DNA of 64,000 bases from Oceanispirochaeta sp. Its GTDB lineage: Bacteria > Spirochaetota > Spirochaetia > DSM-2461. Of this stretch, positions 9,728 to 19,939 are shown piece by piece. Each line of letters opens with the position of its first letter. Position 1 is the stretch's first letter. Location: contig CAXXXD010000002.1 in the NCBI GenBank assembly GCA_963663385.2, forward strand, positions 1,809,024-1,873,023. The letters run 5' to 3'. Made by a program: the position numbers and the translations under genes. Below the pieces are notes generated by a model. That model was not told the origin of the DNA. It did no database searches and saw only the letters and a list, made by a program, of their open reading frames with translations.

Positions 9728-12700
9728 TCAGAATTTAGGTTTAAAACTATAATAATTCGAGTTAAATGCAGCAGCATTTTCCCACCACTTATATTCTTGA
9801 TATGTTGTATATGGATCATCATAGACACCATTAGACCAACTTGCAAAATGAGTATGTTCAGAATCATTCACATCAATATACTTCTCCATATATGAATTAA
9901 TATCCGCGTTTTGAAGTGCTTCATAGCTTTCATACGTTGTTTCAAATAAAGGATAATTATCAATGCCAAGCTTATCACCAATCATAGCATTCAGACCGTT
10001 ATAGGAAAGAACTTCACTATCATTATTAAACATTTCTCCCTGAGCATTTCGAAGTACATCTATCAGCTCATCAGGCCCTAGACTTACACCATATTTTTCC
10101 TGAAAGTAATTATTCGCATATTCAGCAGAAGCTGTAATTGCACAAGCACTGTGTTCATCCAGGCCTAATGCTTCTTCTACCATTTCCTGAGAGATATCTG
10201 TTTCGCTGTTCCGACCGAGATTATCCAGATAACTGTAGTTTCCGTTTCTTATGGCTAGATAGATCGGATCATATCCAGAACCATGATATTTTGCAATTTC
10301 TGTCTCAGAATACCAACCGCCTTTATCTTTATTATAATCAAGTCCAGACTTCATCATGATACTGTTGATATCCGATTTTGATTGCTTGTCATTACCAGTC
10401 TGAAAACCAGCGGTAATCGCCGCAATCTGACCTGACAGCGATCCATTAGCTCTTCTAATAGTCTGGGTTTCACCATTTTCATCCACAAAGATTAAGGTTT
10501 GCTTATCTCCATCATCAAGGACTTGCTGAACTTTTCCGTTTTCATCCAGTACAACACGCCAGTAGTCGGCACTTGAATCATAAGCCCCATCCACATAGTT
10601 ATTCCCGCCGGTTTTATAGGATACATAATCTTTCAGAAGCTCATCATTTCCATTAAAAATAGCGCTCCCATAATCACCCATCAGCTTATCCAGAGTTGTG
10701 ATATGCCCCTTCACAGCCTGCCGGGTTTCCATTTTCTGAGAATAATCACTGCTGATGTCTCCATCTCTGTGCGCTTCGTGGTTTAAAGTAACAAGCGTAT
10801 CTACAACACTGGCCATATCATTCATATTAACGCCATTATTCAAAAATACAACCCTGTTCCCGTTTTCCAGTACGGTTTCTGCCTTTCCATCCACATCCTG
10901 ATCAAATCTCAGCTCCGTATCCAGATGCATCATACTGGCAGCCTGTCTCTTGGCGGCAATATTGCCGTAGGCCCTCTGCATACGGTTCAATCTGGCCATA
11001 TCTTCTGCAGTCTGTTTATCCGCAGCATATTTGTTCACGTTATCCGTAAAGGCTTCCACATTTTTCTGAATGCTTCGCTCGGAACCCAATACATACATTC
11101 CCTCCACAAAAGAGGCAAAGGTAGAGTAATCGGCTTTGATACCGCCGCTCCCTATTCTGGATGATAGCCCGTTATTTCCCAGATTGAGCTCCAAAAGTCC
11201 GCCATGATAAGCCGCATTATCAGAGTTTTTCAATCCGAACATGGAAAAGTCCAGAACATTGACAGTGGTATTCCCCGTCATGGCGTATTCGGTCAGCCCT
11301 CTGGTTACGGAACCGGCCATATTGCCGATGGCTCCCACATTGTAGGCCATACTCCCCCAGCCGCTGTCTTTTAGTGCTGTCTGATTTTTCATGGTGAAAG
11401 CATTACCTAATACTCCTGTCTGAAAGCTGGTTCTTGCGAAGTGTTCTGCCGTTCCAGCAATAACACCAGTCCAGGCATCGGTTCCCTCAAAGCTTTTGCA
11501 GAAACCCTTCTGATTGAAATCCAGACCATTATCCCACTCAATGGCATTTATCCCGTTTGAAACAGCCATATTTGCTGTCAATTCAACGGCTTTCAGCCCT
11601 GTTGAGGCAAAAACTGAATTCTGGATAAACGGGTTATTCTGAAGCCCCTTGAACTCACCTCCGAAACCGGTATTAAACGAGCTTCCAATGACCGAAGTCG
11701 CCAGGCTTGTTGCGCCTTTCCTGGCAAAACCGCTCCAGGCATCTCCAGCTTCCATCTGTCCGTTCTGTACATCAAGAGCCGTAAACAGCGCATCATCCAC
11801 CATATTGGCCGCTGTGGACATCAACGCTGCAGCCAGAACATTCCCGGCCCCGGGAGCCATAGCCGTAAAGGCAATATTTAACGCTATATCCGTCAAACTT
11901 CTGATAGTCGGAGCTGCCAGAAGGCTGTCGGAACTCCCGTCATTATCCGCATCATCATCCCATATTTTCTGGCTGTAGGCGGGCAGGTCCACCGTGGCAA
12001 ATCCCCTCTGCATCCGGGCCTGCTGAATCAGGTAGTCTTTATAGATACGGCCCATCTCGCCGTAACCTTCGGTCTCCACATCTTCCGGATCATCTTCTTC
12101 CATCTCCGGAGCATAACCCACATGGAAGTAAAACAGACCGGAAGTTGTTGTATGCTTTCCTGTCTCCTGCCAAATATCATTCTCATCATAATACCCTGTA
12201 TTGTATTGGGCAGAGTTTTCAAAAGCTTCTTGCTGCGCTTCCAGATGAGCCAGAAACTCATTGTCCAGGCCGTCGGTTTCCGCTTCATCCTGGCCGAAGA
12301 CCAGACCAATATAATTTTCCAGATTTTCCTGAGCCTTTTTCACCTTCACATTGATCAATGTGCTGTTCAGTTTTTCCAGGCTTGCCTGGGACAGATCCAC
12401 GCCGTGGTCAAAATCGGGGGCGATAAAGTCGTTGTAGACCCCTACCTCCTGGGTTTCCGACTCCGGGCCTCCCATCAGGGACGAATCGATAATGGTCCGT
12501 CTGGTATAGGTGTCGCCGTACCGGACGTAACCGGCATTATTCATGGTATTGGTCACGCTGTCGTCCACGCCCTTGTTGGCATCGTCAATGCTGTCGTCGA
12601 TACCTTCTTCCATCTCGTCAATCAGCTCCGCCATCTGGAGGGCCTGAGCCGTAGCGAGGGCCTTCTGCAGGTCCTCTTTCAAATCCGCCTGTTTTTCCCG

Positions 12701-15700
12701 AAGATTGGCAATGTCGCTGGTTTTATCCGGGATGTGGGGGAGGGCGGCGGCCAGGATCATATCGTGTCCGCCGGACCGGGAGGTAAGGCTTTTCACACTG
12801 TCCATCATCTGTTTCAGGGTGGTGCCTTCCAGGGCGTCGGACACGATCTCCTGTACCGAACCCGCTTCCGTGGTCATATCCGGAATCAGGGCGAAATTGA
12901 CCTGGCCGATCAGCCTGTCCGCTTCAAACCCCATATCACAGGCTAGGGATTCGGCCCCGGTGGATACGGCCGCTCTTGAACTCCTGTCCACCCATTCGTT
13001 CTTGTTGTATACCAGCTGCTGGTACCGGGCCTGCCAGAGAATCTCCTTTTTTTCGTACTCCCTCTGAAAGTCTCCCCGCCATTTCTCCCTTTTGCCTATC
13101 AGGCGTTCCATGGAGTTCTGCCACTGGGTTGTTCCCTCGGCTATCAGCTCGTCGGTCCGGTTCCGCCAGTAACTCTCCTGCCGGGAAATCTCCAGCAGAC
13201 TGTTGTTAAGCTGATCGTAGCGCTCTTTTTTAACCACTTCCATCCGGCTGCTGAAGGCAGCCAGAAGGCTCTGGGCGTAATAGTTCAGATTATGGGCCTT
13301 CCCCTGAGCGGAGTAGGAGGCTGTTCCCGTATAGGCGTCCATCAGGCGGGAACTGTAATCTTCTGACGTGTACGCCGGGTTCTTATAGAGCTTTTCCGCC
13401 AGGGCTTTGTAAGCCGCCGCATCAAACTCGTCCGCATTCAAGCTGACCAGAAGTTTGTCGTAATCCGCAGCTCTGTCAGTCTCCAGATTTGCCTCGCGCA
13501 CTGTGACAGTCTGTTCATTTGCGGCATTCAGGTTCCGCAGGTGGAGGAGCAGGCCGTCCAGAATCGTTGCATTACTGCCCTTAAAATTGCCGGCCATTGT
13601 ATTGTAACTGCTGGTTAACAGGCTCTGTTCCGCCGTGTTCAGGGGGCGGCCGATCAGTTTTCCTATCAGATCGCCTGTGGTTGCCCCTGACAGGTTTCCG
13701 GAGCCGAGGTTTTCATTCAACTCGCTTTTGATCTGATCAATCTCTTTTTTCAGACTGTCCACTTCTATCAGGGCCAGAAGCTCTTCCGTAATATAAACGC
13801 CTCCCACATAGCCCTCTGCCGTTTCTTTCAGATTATGCCGCTCCTCTTTTATATACTTTCCTGTGGGAGTGTAGTTTCCGAAAATATCTTTATGCCTATT
13901 CTGCTCTTTTTTGGCAGCCTTGTTAAACTCTTCCCAGGCCAGATAGGAGAGATCCATGGACAGGGTTGTTTTAAAGTGACTATTCAATACTCCCGCCTGC
14001 ATCATAAACTTGTAAAAATCATACATCTTTTTCTTTTGGGCATCTGATACAATGGCATTATAGTCGGCGGCTGTTTCCTCTTTCAGCCACTCTTCAGGAG
14101 TCAGAAGAACCTTTTTGATCGTGCCATTACTGTTGTAAAGTACTTCGACTTTTTCCGTATAGCCACCAGCCAGGTATTTATCAATATCCCCCTTATACCC
14201 GATATGGCAGCTTCTAAAGAAATCCCCTTGCTTATCCAGCAGGTGAATATGCTGCCTATTCTCAAAAAGGGCGACCGTGTACCGGGAATCCCGGCTTTCG
14301 GGGGATAAATACTGAAAGGCCTCATGGTAGAGGGCGAAGGAGAAACTTTTCAGCAGTTCTGCCGTATTACCTCCGTAACTCTGAAGGCTCTGTGCCCAGA
14401 GTATCATATCCCGGGAGCAAATCTCTTCAGAATTCTCCTGTGAGAAATAGTTGTTAATTTGAGTGTTCTGCTCCTCTTCTGTCATAGCGCGGAAATTGCT
14501 TATACCGGAAAAATCACTCATCCCCTGATTCACAAAGCTGTCATCCCAGGTCAGTTTGTTTCCAATCCTGGACAGATCGAAAATAGTATTAAGCTGATCC
14601 TCCATCTCATCGGTGGATTTGCTGATCAAACCTTCCTGCCTGTCCAGCAGCCTTTGCAGCTCCGTCTGGGCGCTGATTACCATATTCTGCAGGTTCCTGT
14701 GCTTTGCAGAGGCATTGACCGCGTTCTGCCAGGCTGTATCACGCTGGGATTCTGTGGCGCCTGTTGCCTTTATATTTTCCAGAACCTCAAGGGCTTTTGT
14801 CACATTGTCATAGGCCTCTTTTCTTTCGTCCCGGATACTGTATATATCCAGGGTTTCAGGTCTGTAGGCGCACTGGGCGTAGTCCAGAATCTCTTTTGCT
14901 GTCTGCAGCTTGTTCTGTTTATCCTTATACAGGGCAAAAGAGGTGTCCAGGTTGTTCTGGGCCGTTCTGTAGGCATTTACTACCGTATTAAAAGCGCCCA
15001 GGGCATTCCGGTAAGCTGTATTTTCATGTTCAAATACCTCAATGGCCGCATTGAGCAGATCCCTGTCCCGGTCTACTGTATCCTCTTTGTATTTGCGAAA
15101 CCCGAGTTTCAGGTTCTCCTTGTCTGCCTCATATTTGGCCTTATTGTTATAGTTGCTTATATAGGTAATTGTTCCGTTATAAATCTTTCCATACAGTTCT
15201 TCCGGGGTCTCCTCCGGAGCAGAGGGATCTTCTGCTGCCAATAGCAGGGAGAAGGCGGTCCTGATTTGAGATGTCGTATAGGCCAGTTCTTCCGCCTTAT
15301 CAACATAGTTCTCCGGAAGTTCAGAATAGGTTGCCAGAAGAAACCTGTTCTTTTTTTCTGTTCGGAGAGCCATCAGGGTTTCCCTATGGCGATTCCCCAG
15401 GGACATTCCTGCTTCCAGTAAAAGGTTCCCATGGCCCTTGTAGAGGGCTTTGATATAGGCCCTCTCCATAAAATCCGCATCCGGAGAGAGGCGGCTGATA
15501 AACTCATCCAGAGTCTCCTCCGTATAGCTGCTGTAGGAGGCCAGATAGCTGTAGTCCGCAGGAGTATAAATATACTGTTCCAGATCGCTTATTACGGATA
15601 TCTCGTCCATTGAGAAGAGGGGCTCAACCGGGTTCCCTTCCTCATCCGTTTCTGATGTAGATACCAGAAGGAACTCCTGCCAGATCTCCTCTTCCGTTTT

Positions 15701-18700
15701 CATAACCGGATTATCATCCTCATCAAGCAGAGGATTTCCCTCTTCATCCAGTCTGGGTTCATCCTCCGCCTCCATACGGAAATCCTCCCATTTTATACGA
15801 ATATCCGGGAGCCTTTCATACAGGTCCATTTCCGCCAGTTCATCCGTGTAGCCAGCGTCAGACAGAATAGACATAGAGTTATTTGAAAGGGGATTTATAT
15901 CCAGAAAACCCTGATCTCTCTCCCATGCTTCAAGCCGGGCGGCCATTTCAAGCCGGTTTGCTTCATCCCCCTGGATAGAGGAGGAAAATCTCAGGCGGAT
16001 GTACCGGTCCAGCAGAAGCTGCAGGGATGAAGAGAGGGGCGACCAGTCCGGACGGGATGAGAGCCAGTCCGTCAGATCATCCAGGTTATCGATCGTCAGG
16101 ATCGCGGTATCGGGGCTGTTTGACTGCAGGTAGATCTTATCCTGGGCCGGAGAGAAGCGGCTGTAGACAGCCCAGGCCGTTTCTTTCTGCCTGGCCGATT
16201 CCAAACTGTCGATCTCATGGCTCAGAAAGAGGTCCGCAGCTTCAAACAGGGGAAGGGAGGAGGTATCCTCTCCGCTGATCAGACGGAGCCAGTAAAGGGT
16301 TTCGCTGTCATCCTTAACGGTGTTCCACAGATCGATCCTGTCCCGGCCGCCTCCTGTCAGAGTCGTGAGCCCGGATATCAGATTATCCAGCCCTGCCAAT
16401 GATGTAGGGGTGGGAACGCTGTATCCTGTATTCAGCAGATACGCCGCATATTCACTGTAGGGGTGGGGTTCCTCTCCCTCCGCCGGTTCCGGCAGGCTGC
16501 CTGTTTTTATCAGATCCAGAACGTCCCGGATAAACCCGGCCCTGGCCAGATCGTAACGGTTACGGGCGGTCCGGGTCTCTTCCTTCAGCTGCTCTCTCAG
16601 AGCCCCGGAGTTTTCACCCGGTTCAAAGGTGCTTTTTTCAAGCCAGAGGCAGGATGACTGATTGTAATCGATTTTGCTTTGCCAGGTCTGTTCAAGCCGA
16701 AAGAGGGCCAGCTTCAGTTTAAGAACTTCCGACCCGTCGGTTGCATCCTCGCCTTCCTCCGTTTGTTTAAAGCAGTCCCTGTACAGCTGTGTCAGTGAGG
16801 CATAGGTCTCTTCTATCCATTTTCTGTTATCCGGATCAGTATCTTCCGATTCTTCCACATAACCGGCGGTAATCAGCTGTGTTTCCCAGTCTGTCATGTC
16901 CTCCGTTGCCAGGTTAGGCTGAAGAGCCGTTACCGCATCCCGCTTCTCCTGAAGCTCGGTCAGATCCGCCTCATTATCAAACTCCGTAATGGTCTCTTCT
17001 CCCCGCAGGTCCCGCAGCAGTTTCTCCCGCTCTTCCCGGGCTCCCGTACGCCTCTCCCATTCGGCGGCGGCCAGGTAGTTCTCATAAAGGCTGTCCCGGT
17101 CGCCTGCTGTTCCGTTTGCTCCCAGCCAGGATTGTATTTCAACGGCCAGGTTTGCAATGGCATTATCCAGAATCTCCGTATCCTTGCCGTTGTAAATGGC
17201 TGTGGAGGTATCGTAGTTCTCCTGGGCGGTGGCCATGGCTTCCCGGGCTGCCGCCAGAGCATCCCGGTCTTTATTGAGTATCTGCTGCTGATCCTTCAGG
17301 GCTTCCCGGGCTTCTTCCAGGGCCTGAATCGCTGTATTATATTCTGTTTCGGCATTGCTTAATTCCTGATCGGCTTCGTTGTAAATCTTCTCTGATTCTG
17401 CTTCGGTGGGCCGCTCGGAAGTGTCGGTTTCCGCGTAGGTTATGACAGCTTCCGATATCCGCCACTGCAGGTAGAGGTTGTTGGACAGTACCTTTAAACG
17501 GTCAATTTCATTTTGGAGGGACCCCGCGGAAACGCTGCTGTCATAGTTCATGGCTTCGCTTTTCAGAGAAAGGAGCATGGTCTGGGCTGCATCCATCTGT
17601 TCCTGAAAGGACTCCTTCAAAGACAGCCAGCCGGGGAGTTCCAGTTTATAGGGGGATTGCAGGTTTGTCAGTCTGTCATGCTCTGCCTGTATTTCAGCTT
17701 TTGTTGCCACAAGAGTCTCTTTCTGGGCTATTAGCACTGTCAACTGATCGCTCAATTCCTTAAAATCTTCGAGATAGACCAGAATTTCAAGAGAATCCAG
17801 AGGTGACATAATTTCCCTTAATTCTTCCATTTCCAGCTGCGTATTGGCTATTTCGGTATTTTTACTGTTAATCAGGGCGTTGTAATTTGCCAGGGATGAT
17901 CGGAGAGGGATCAGATCATCCTCATAAAAAGCAACTTTATCTGTGTAGAAGGTAATATTGTCCTCTGCCGATTCCAGCATGGCTGCGCTTTCATTAAATA
18001 TGGTTAGAATGCTCTGAACCTGGTTGGAAAATTTTATCTCCTGTTCCTGGGCCGCCTTTTCCAGATCCCGGCTCAACAGGGCGTACTGTTCCTTGAAATT
18101 CTCCTTTTTACCGGCCCACAGGGTCTTGCCTTTTTCCAGTTCCAGGCTGATCTCCCTGATCCATTCCTTCCTCCTCCGGGAGAAGGTTTCAAAAGCCTGG
18201 TCCCAGGACTGTTCCGCCGCCAGATATCTGGTTTCAAGCCGGAGCTCCCAGTCTATCCGTTCGGCCATCAGGGCCTTTTCCGCCCGATCCCACTTTTCCA
18301 GTCCCGACTCGAACTCCCGGCGAAAACTCTCGTCCCATTCCTCAATGGAAAAAACAGCCTCTTCCACCGAAGCTTTCTGCCAATCCTCCATATCCTTTTT
18401 CAGGGCGTCTTCGGTGGATTCAAGTTCATCCCGGGTTTCCTTCAGCAGGTTCTCCGTAATAGCCATGGCCGTATCATCTTCGCTCTTTTTCCTGAGAGAA
18501 TAGTTATCCTTTTCTCTCATATATTGGAATTGGCTGAGACTGAAACAGATCAGCTGGTCCATTTCTCTTTCTATGGTATTCCTGTAATCTTTCAGATAGA
18601 CAGCAGCCTTCTGTTGTATGGACTCCAGGGAAGAGAGGGATACTTCATTTTTTAGGGATGTCAGCATCATTTCTGCAGAAAAAGTCCATTTGGCAAGTAT

Positions 18701-19081
18701 CTCATCTTTGCAGCTGTCGGCCTTTTGCTTAAGTGCTTCCCTGTCTGATTGAATCTCCGCAGAATTTCCGGATTGTATTATTGGATCTCCCGCGTTATCG
18801 AAGAGTATCCTGTCATCCTGGATCAAATAGGTATACTCTTCTTCCCATTTATTGAGAGACTGGATAAGAACCGACAGATCTGCCTGTTCCATATTTATGT
18901 GCAGGTAGTGATTAATACTGCTCTCCGTCAGTTCCGGATGACTGTCCCCGGACAGGGAATCCACAGGGGTCAGGTCATCCTGTCCGCTCCATAAAAGGAA
19001 AGGGAGAAGCAGTAGAATAAAAACAGCCGGGATGATCCGTTTCTGCATGGCAGGCCTCTTTATGTAAAAAGTTTTTACCAC
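9728..19081 (-). CDS. Giant (3117 aa) secreted coiled-coil protein; putative polymorphic toxin with C-terminal papain/C39-like domain
   Basis: 9.35-kb ORF; signal peptide MQKRIIPAVFILLLLPFLLWS (alternative start 19048); long helical stalk, Ala/Gly-rich hydrophobic region, HEAHRDG and YDSSADYW motifs, AT-rich tail with C...H...D. Confidence 0.75.
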   Translation of the reverse strand: MVKTFYIKRPAMQKRIIPAVFILLLLPFLLWSGQDDLTPVDSLSGDSHPELTESSINHYLHINMEQADLSVLIQSLNKWEEEYTYLIQDDRILFDNAGDPIIQSGNSAEIQSDREALKQKADSCKDEILAKWTFSAEMMLTSLKNEVSLSSLESIQQKAAVYLKDYRNTIEREMDQLICFSLSQFQYMREKDNYSLRKKSEDDTAMAITENLLKETRDELESTEDALKKDMEDWQKASVEEAVFSIEEWDESFRREFESGLEKWDRAEKALMAERIDWELRLETRYLAAEQSWDQAFETFSRRRKEWIREISLELEKGKTLWAGKKENFKEQYALLSRDLEKAAQEQEIKFSNQVQSILTIFNESAAMLESAEDNITFYTDKVAFYEDDLIPLRSSLANYNALINSKNTEIANTQLEMEELREIMSPLDSLEILVYLEDFKELSDQLTVLIAQKETLVATKAEIQAEHDRLTNLQSPYKLELPGWLSLKESFQEQMDAAQTMLLSLKSEAMNYDSSVSAGSLQNEIDRLKVLSNNLYLQWRISEAVITYAETDTSERPTEAESEKIYNEADQELSNAETEYNTAIQALEEAREALKDQQQILNKDRDALAAAREAMATAQENYDTSTAIYNGKDTEILDNAIANLAVEIQSWLGANGTAGDRDSLYENYLAAAEWERRTGAREEREKLLRDLRGEETITEFDNEADLTELQEKRDAVTALQPNLATEDMTDWETQLITAGYVEESEDTDPDNRKWIEETYASLTQLYRDCFKQTEEGEDATDGSEVLKLKLALFRLEQTWQSKIDYNQSSCLWLEKSTFEPGENSGALREQLKEETRTARNRYDLARAGFIRDVLDLIKTGSLPEPAEGEEPHPYSEYAAYLLNTGYSVPTPTSLAGLDNLISGLTTLTGGGRDRIDLWNTVKDDSETLYWLRLISGEDTSSLPLFEAADLFLSHEIDSLESARQKETAWAVYSRFSPAQDKIYLQSNSPDTAILTIDNLDDLTDWLSSRPDWSPLSSSLQLLLDRYIRLRFSSSIQGDEANRLEMAARLEAWERDQGFLDINPLSNNSMSILSDAGYTDELAEMDLYERLPDIRIKWEDFRMEAEDEPRLDEEGNPLLDEDDNPVMKTEEEIWQEFLLVSTSETDEEGNPVEPLFSMDEISVISDLEQYIYTPADYSYLASYSSYTEETLDEFISRLSPDADFMERAYIKALYKGHGNLLLEAGMSLGNRHRETLMALRTEKKNRFLLATYSELPENYVDKAEELAYTTSQIRTAFSLLLAAEDPSAPEETPEELYGKIYNGTITYISNYNNKAKYEADKENLKLGFRKYKEDTVDRDRDLLNAAIEVFEHENTAYRNALGAFNTVVNAYRTAQNNLDTSFALYKDKQNKLQTAKEILDYAQCAYRPETLDIYSIRDERKEAYDNVTKALEVLENIKATGATESQRDTAWQNAVNASAKHRNLQNMVISAQTELQRLLDRQEGLISKSTDEMEDQLNTIFDLSRIGNKLTWDDSFVNQGMSDFSGISNFRAMTEEEQNTQINNYFSQENSEEICSRDMILWAQSLQSYGGNTAELLKSFSFALYHEAFQYLSPESRDSRYTVALFENRQHIHLLDKQGDFFRSCHIGYKGDIDKYLAGGYTEKVEVLYNSNGTIKKVLLTPEEWLKEETAADYNAIVSDAQKKKMYDFYKFMMQAGVLNSHFKTTLSMDLSYLAWEEFNKAAKKEQNRHKDIFGNYTPTGKYIKEERHNLKETAEGYVGGVYITEELLALIEVDSLKKEIDQIKSELNENLGSGNLSGATTGDLIGKLIGRPLNTAEQSLLTSSYNTMAGNFKGSNATILDGLLLHLRNLNAANEQTVTVREANLETDRAADYDKLLVSLNADEFDAAAYKALAEKLYKNPAYTSEDYSSRLMDAYTGTASYSAQGKAHNLNYYAQSLLAAFSSRMEVVKKERYDQLNNSLLEISRQESYWRNRTDELIAEGTTQWQNSMERLIGKREKWRGDFQREYEKKEILWQARYQQLVYNKNEWVDRSSRAAVSTGAESLACDMGFEADRLIGQVNFALIPDMTTEAGSVQEIVSDALEGTTLKQMMDSVKSLTSRSGGHDMILAAALPHIPDKTSDIANLREKQADLKEDLQKALATAQALQMAELIDEMEEGIDDSIDDANKGVDDSVTNTMNNAGYVRYGDTYTRRTIIDSSLMGGPESETQEVGVYNDFIAPDFDHGVDLSQASLEKLNSTLINVKVKKAQENLENYIGLVFGQDEAETDGLDNEFLAHLEAQQEAFENSAQYNTGYYDENDIWQETGKHTTTSGLFYFHVGYAPEMEEDDPEDVETEGYGEMGRIYKDYLIQQARMQRGFATVDLPAYSQKIWDDDADNDGSSDSLLAAPTIRSLTDIALNIAFTAMAPGAGNVLAAALMSTAANMVDDALFTALDVQNGQMEAGDAWSGFARKGATSLATSVIGSSFNTGFGGEFKGLQNNPFIQNSVFASTGLKAVELTANMAVSNGINAIEWDNGLDFNQKGFCKSFEGTDAWTGVIAGTAEHFARTSFQTGVLGNAFTMKNQTALKDSGWGSMAYNVGAIGNMAGSVTRGLTEYAMTGNTTVNVLDFSMFGLKNSDNAAYHGGLLELNLGNNGLSSRIGSGGIKADYSTFASFVEGMYVLGSERSIQKNVEAFTDNVNKYAADKQTAEDMARLNRMQRAYGNIAAKRQAASMMHLDTELRFDQDVDGKAETVLENGNRVVFLNNGVNMNDMASVVDTLVTLNHEAHRDGDISSDYSQKMETRQAVKGHITTLDKLMGDYGSAIFNGNDELLKDYVSYKTGGNNYVDGAYDSSADYWRVVLDENGKVQQVLDDGDKQTLIFVDENGETQTIRRANGSLSGQIAAITAGFQTGNDKQSKSDINSIMMKSGLDYNKDKGGWYSETEIAKYHGSGYDPIYLAIRNGNYSYLDNLGRNSETDISQEMVEEALGLDEHSACAITASAEYANNYFQEKYGVSLGPDELIDVLRNAQGEMFNNDSEVLSYNGLNAMIGDKLGIDNYPLFETTYESYEALQNADINSYMEKYIDVNDSEHTHFASWSNGVYDDPYTTYQEYKWWENAAAFNSNYYSFKPKF

Positions 19082-19175
19082 TTCTACTCCTTAAAAAGGA
19101 ACGGAAATTCAAAACTATGGAAAAAATCTATTTTTTTTTTTGAAGCAGAAAGATAAAAATCATTCTGTATGAGGT

Positions 19176-19838
19176 ATGAATAGTCGCTTACAAATATTCT
19201 GTATAATTATCCTTCTGATTTCTACGGTTTCCTGTGAAAGGGATGAAACAGTTTCGCTGTCAGAAAAAATGGTATTGAAGTATATGACGGCTCAATCCCT
19301 TTATTACGGGGGGGACACGGAACCGGCTATTGGTATTCTCAAATCAGTTTATGATGAGAATCCCGGTTTTACCAGAAATACCAGTCTCTACGCCAGGGCT
19401 CTCTATTATTCGGGTGATACGGAGAAAGCCGTTTCATTATGGGAGTCCATATGCTGTAAAGAGGCTTATCAGATTGATGCGGTAAAACACCTATCCCGCT
19501 TTTATCTGGGAGAGGGAAGAACCGTGGAAGCAGAAGCGTTACTTTTACAGGCCCTGTCCTACTCCTCGGAAGATCCCGGGCTTCTCTATCTCCTGGCCGA
19601 AACCCGGATAGCGGCAGGGGCGTTAAGTGATGGTCTGACGCTTCTGGAGAAGGCCGCCGTTCTGTCTGAACGGGAGTGTGAAATCTATCTAAGACAGGCT
19701 TCGCTCTACCAGGAGTTCGGGTATTACGACAGGGCTGTTGAGGCTGTAGAAAAAAGCGCCTCTCTCCTCAATAAGGATCACCCCCTTTTTCCTTCTCTAA
19801 CAGCCCTTCGGGCAAAGCTCACAGCAGAAATCCCCTGA
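19176..19838 (+). CDS. TPR-repeat lipoprotein
   Basis: Lipobox STVSC; helical repeats (LYARALYYSGDTEKA, LLYLLAETRIAAG, IYLRQASLYQEFGYYDRA). Confidence 0.75.
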   Translation: MNSRLQIFCIIILLISTVSCERDETVSLSEKMVLKYMTAQSLYYGGDTEPAIGILKSVYDENPGFTRNTSLYARALYYSGDTEKAVSLWESICCKEAYQIDAVKHLSRFYLGEGRTVEAEALLLQALSYSSEDPGLLYLLAETRIAAGALSDGLTLLEKAAVLSERECEIYLRQASLYQEFGYYDRAVEAVEKSASLLNKDHPLFPSLTALRAKLTAEIP

Positions 19839-19939
19839 GTTTTAAGAAATTCAAATTTACTGATCCTGTTTTTGTGTTTATTATTAGTGATAAAGATTCC
19901 TGCGGGGAAGAAATTATCGGGAAGGCGGTTTGCTGTAGA

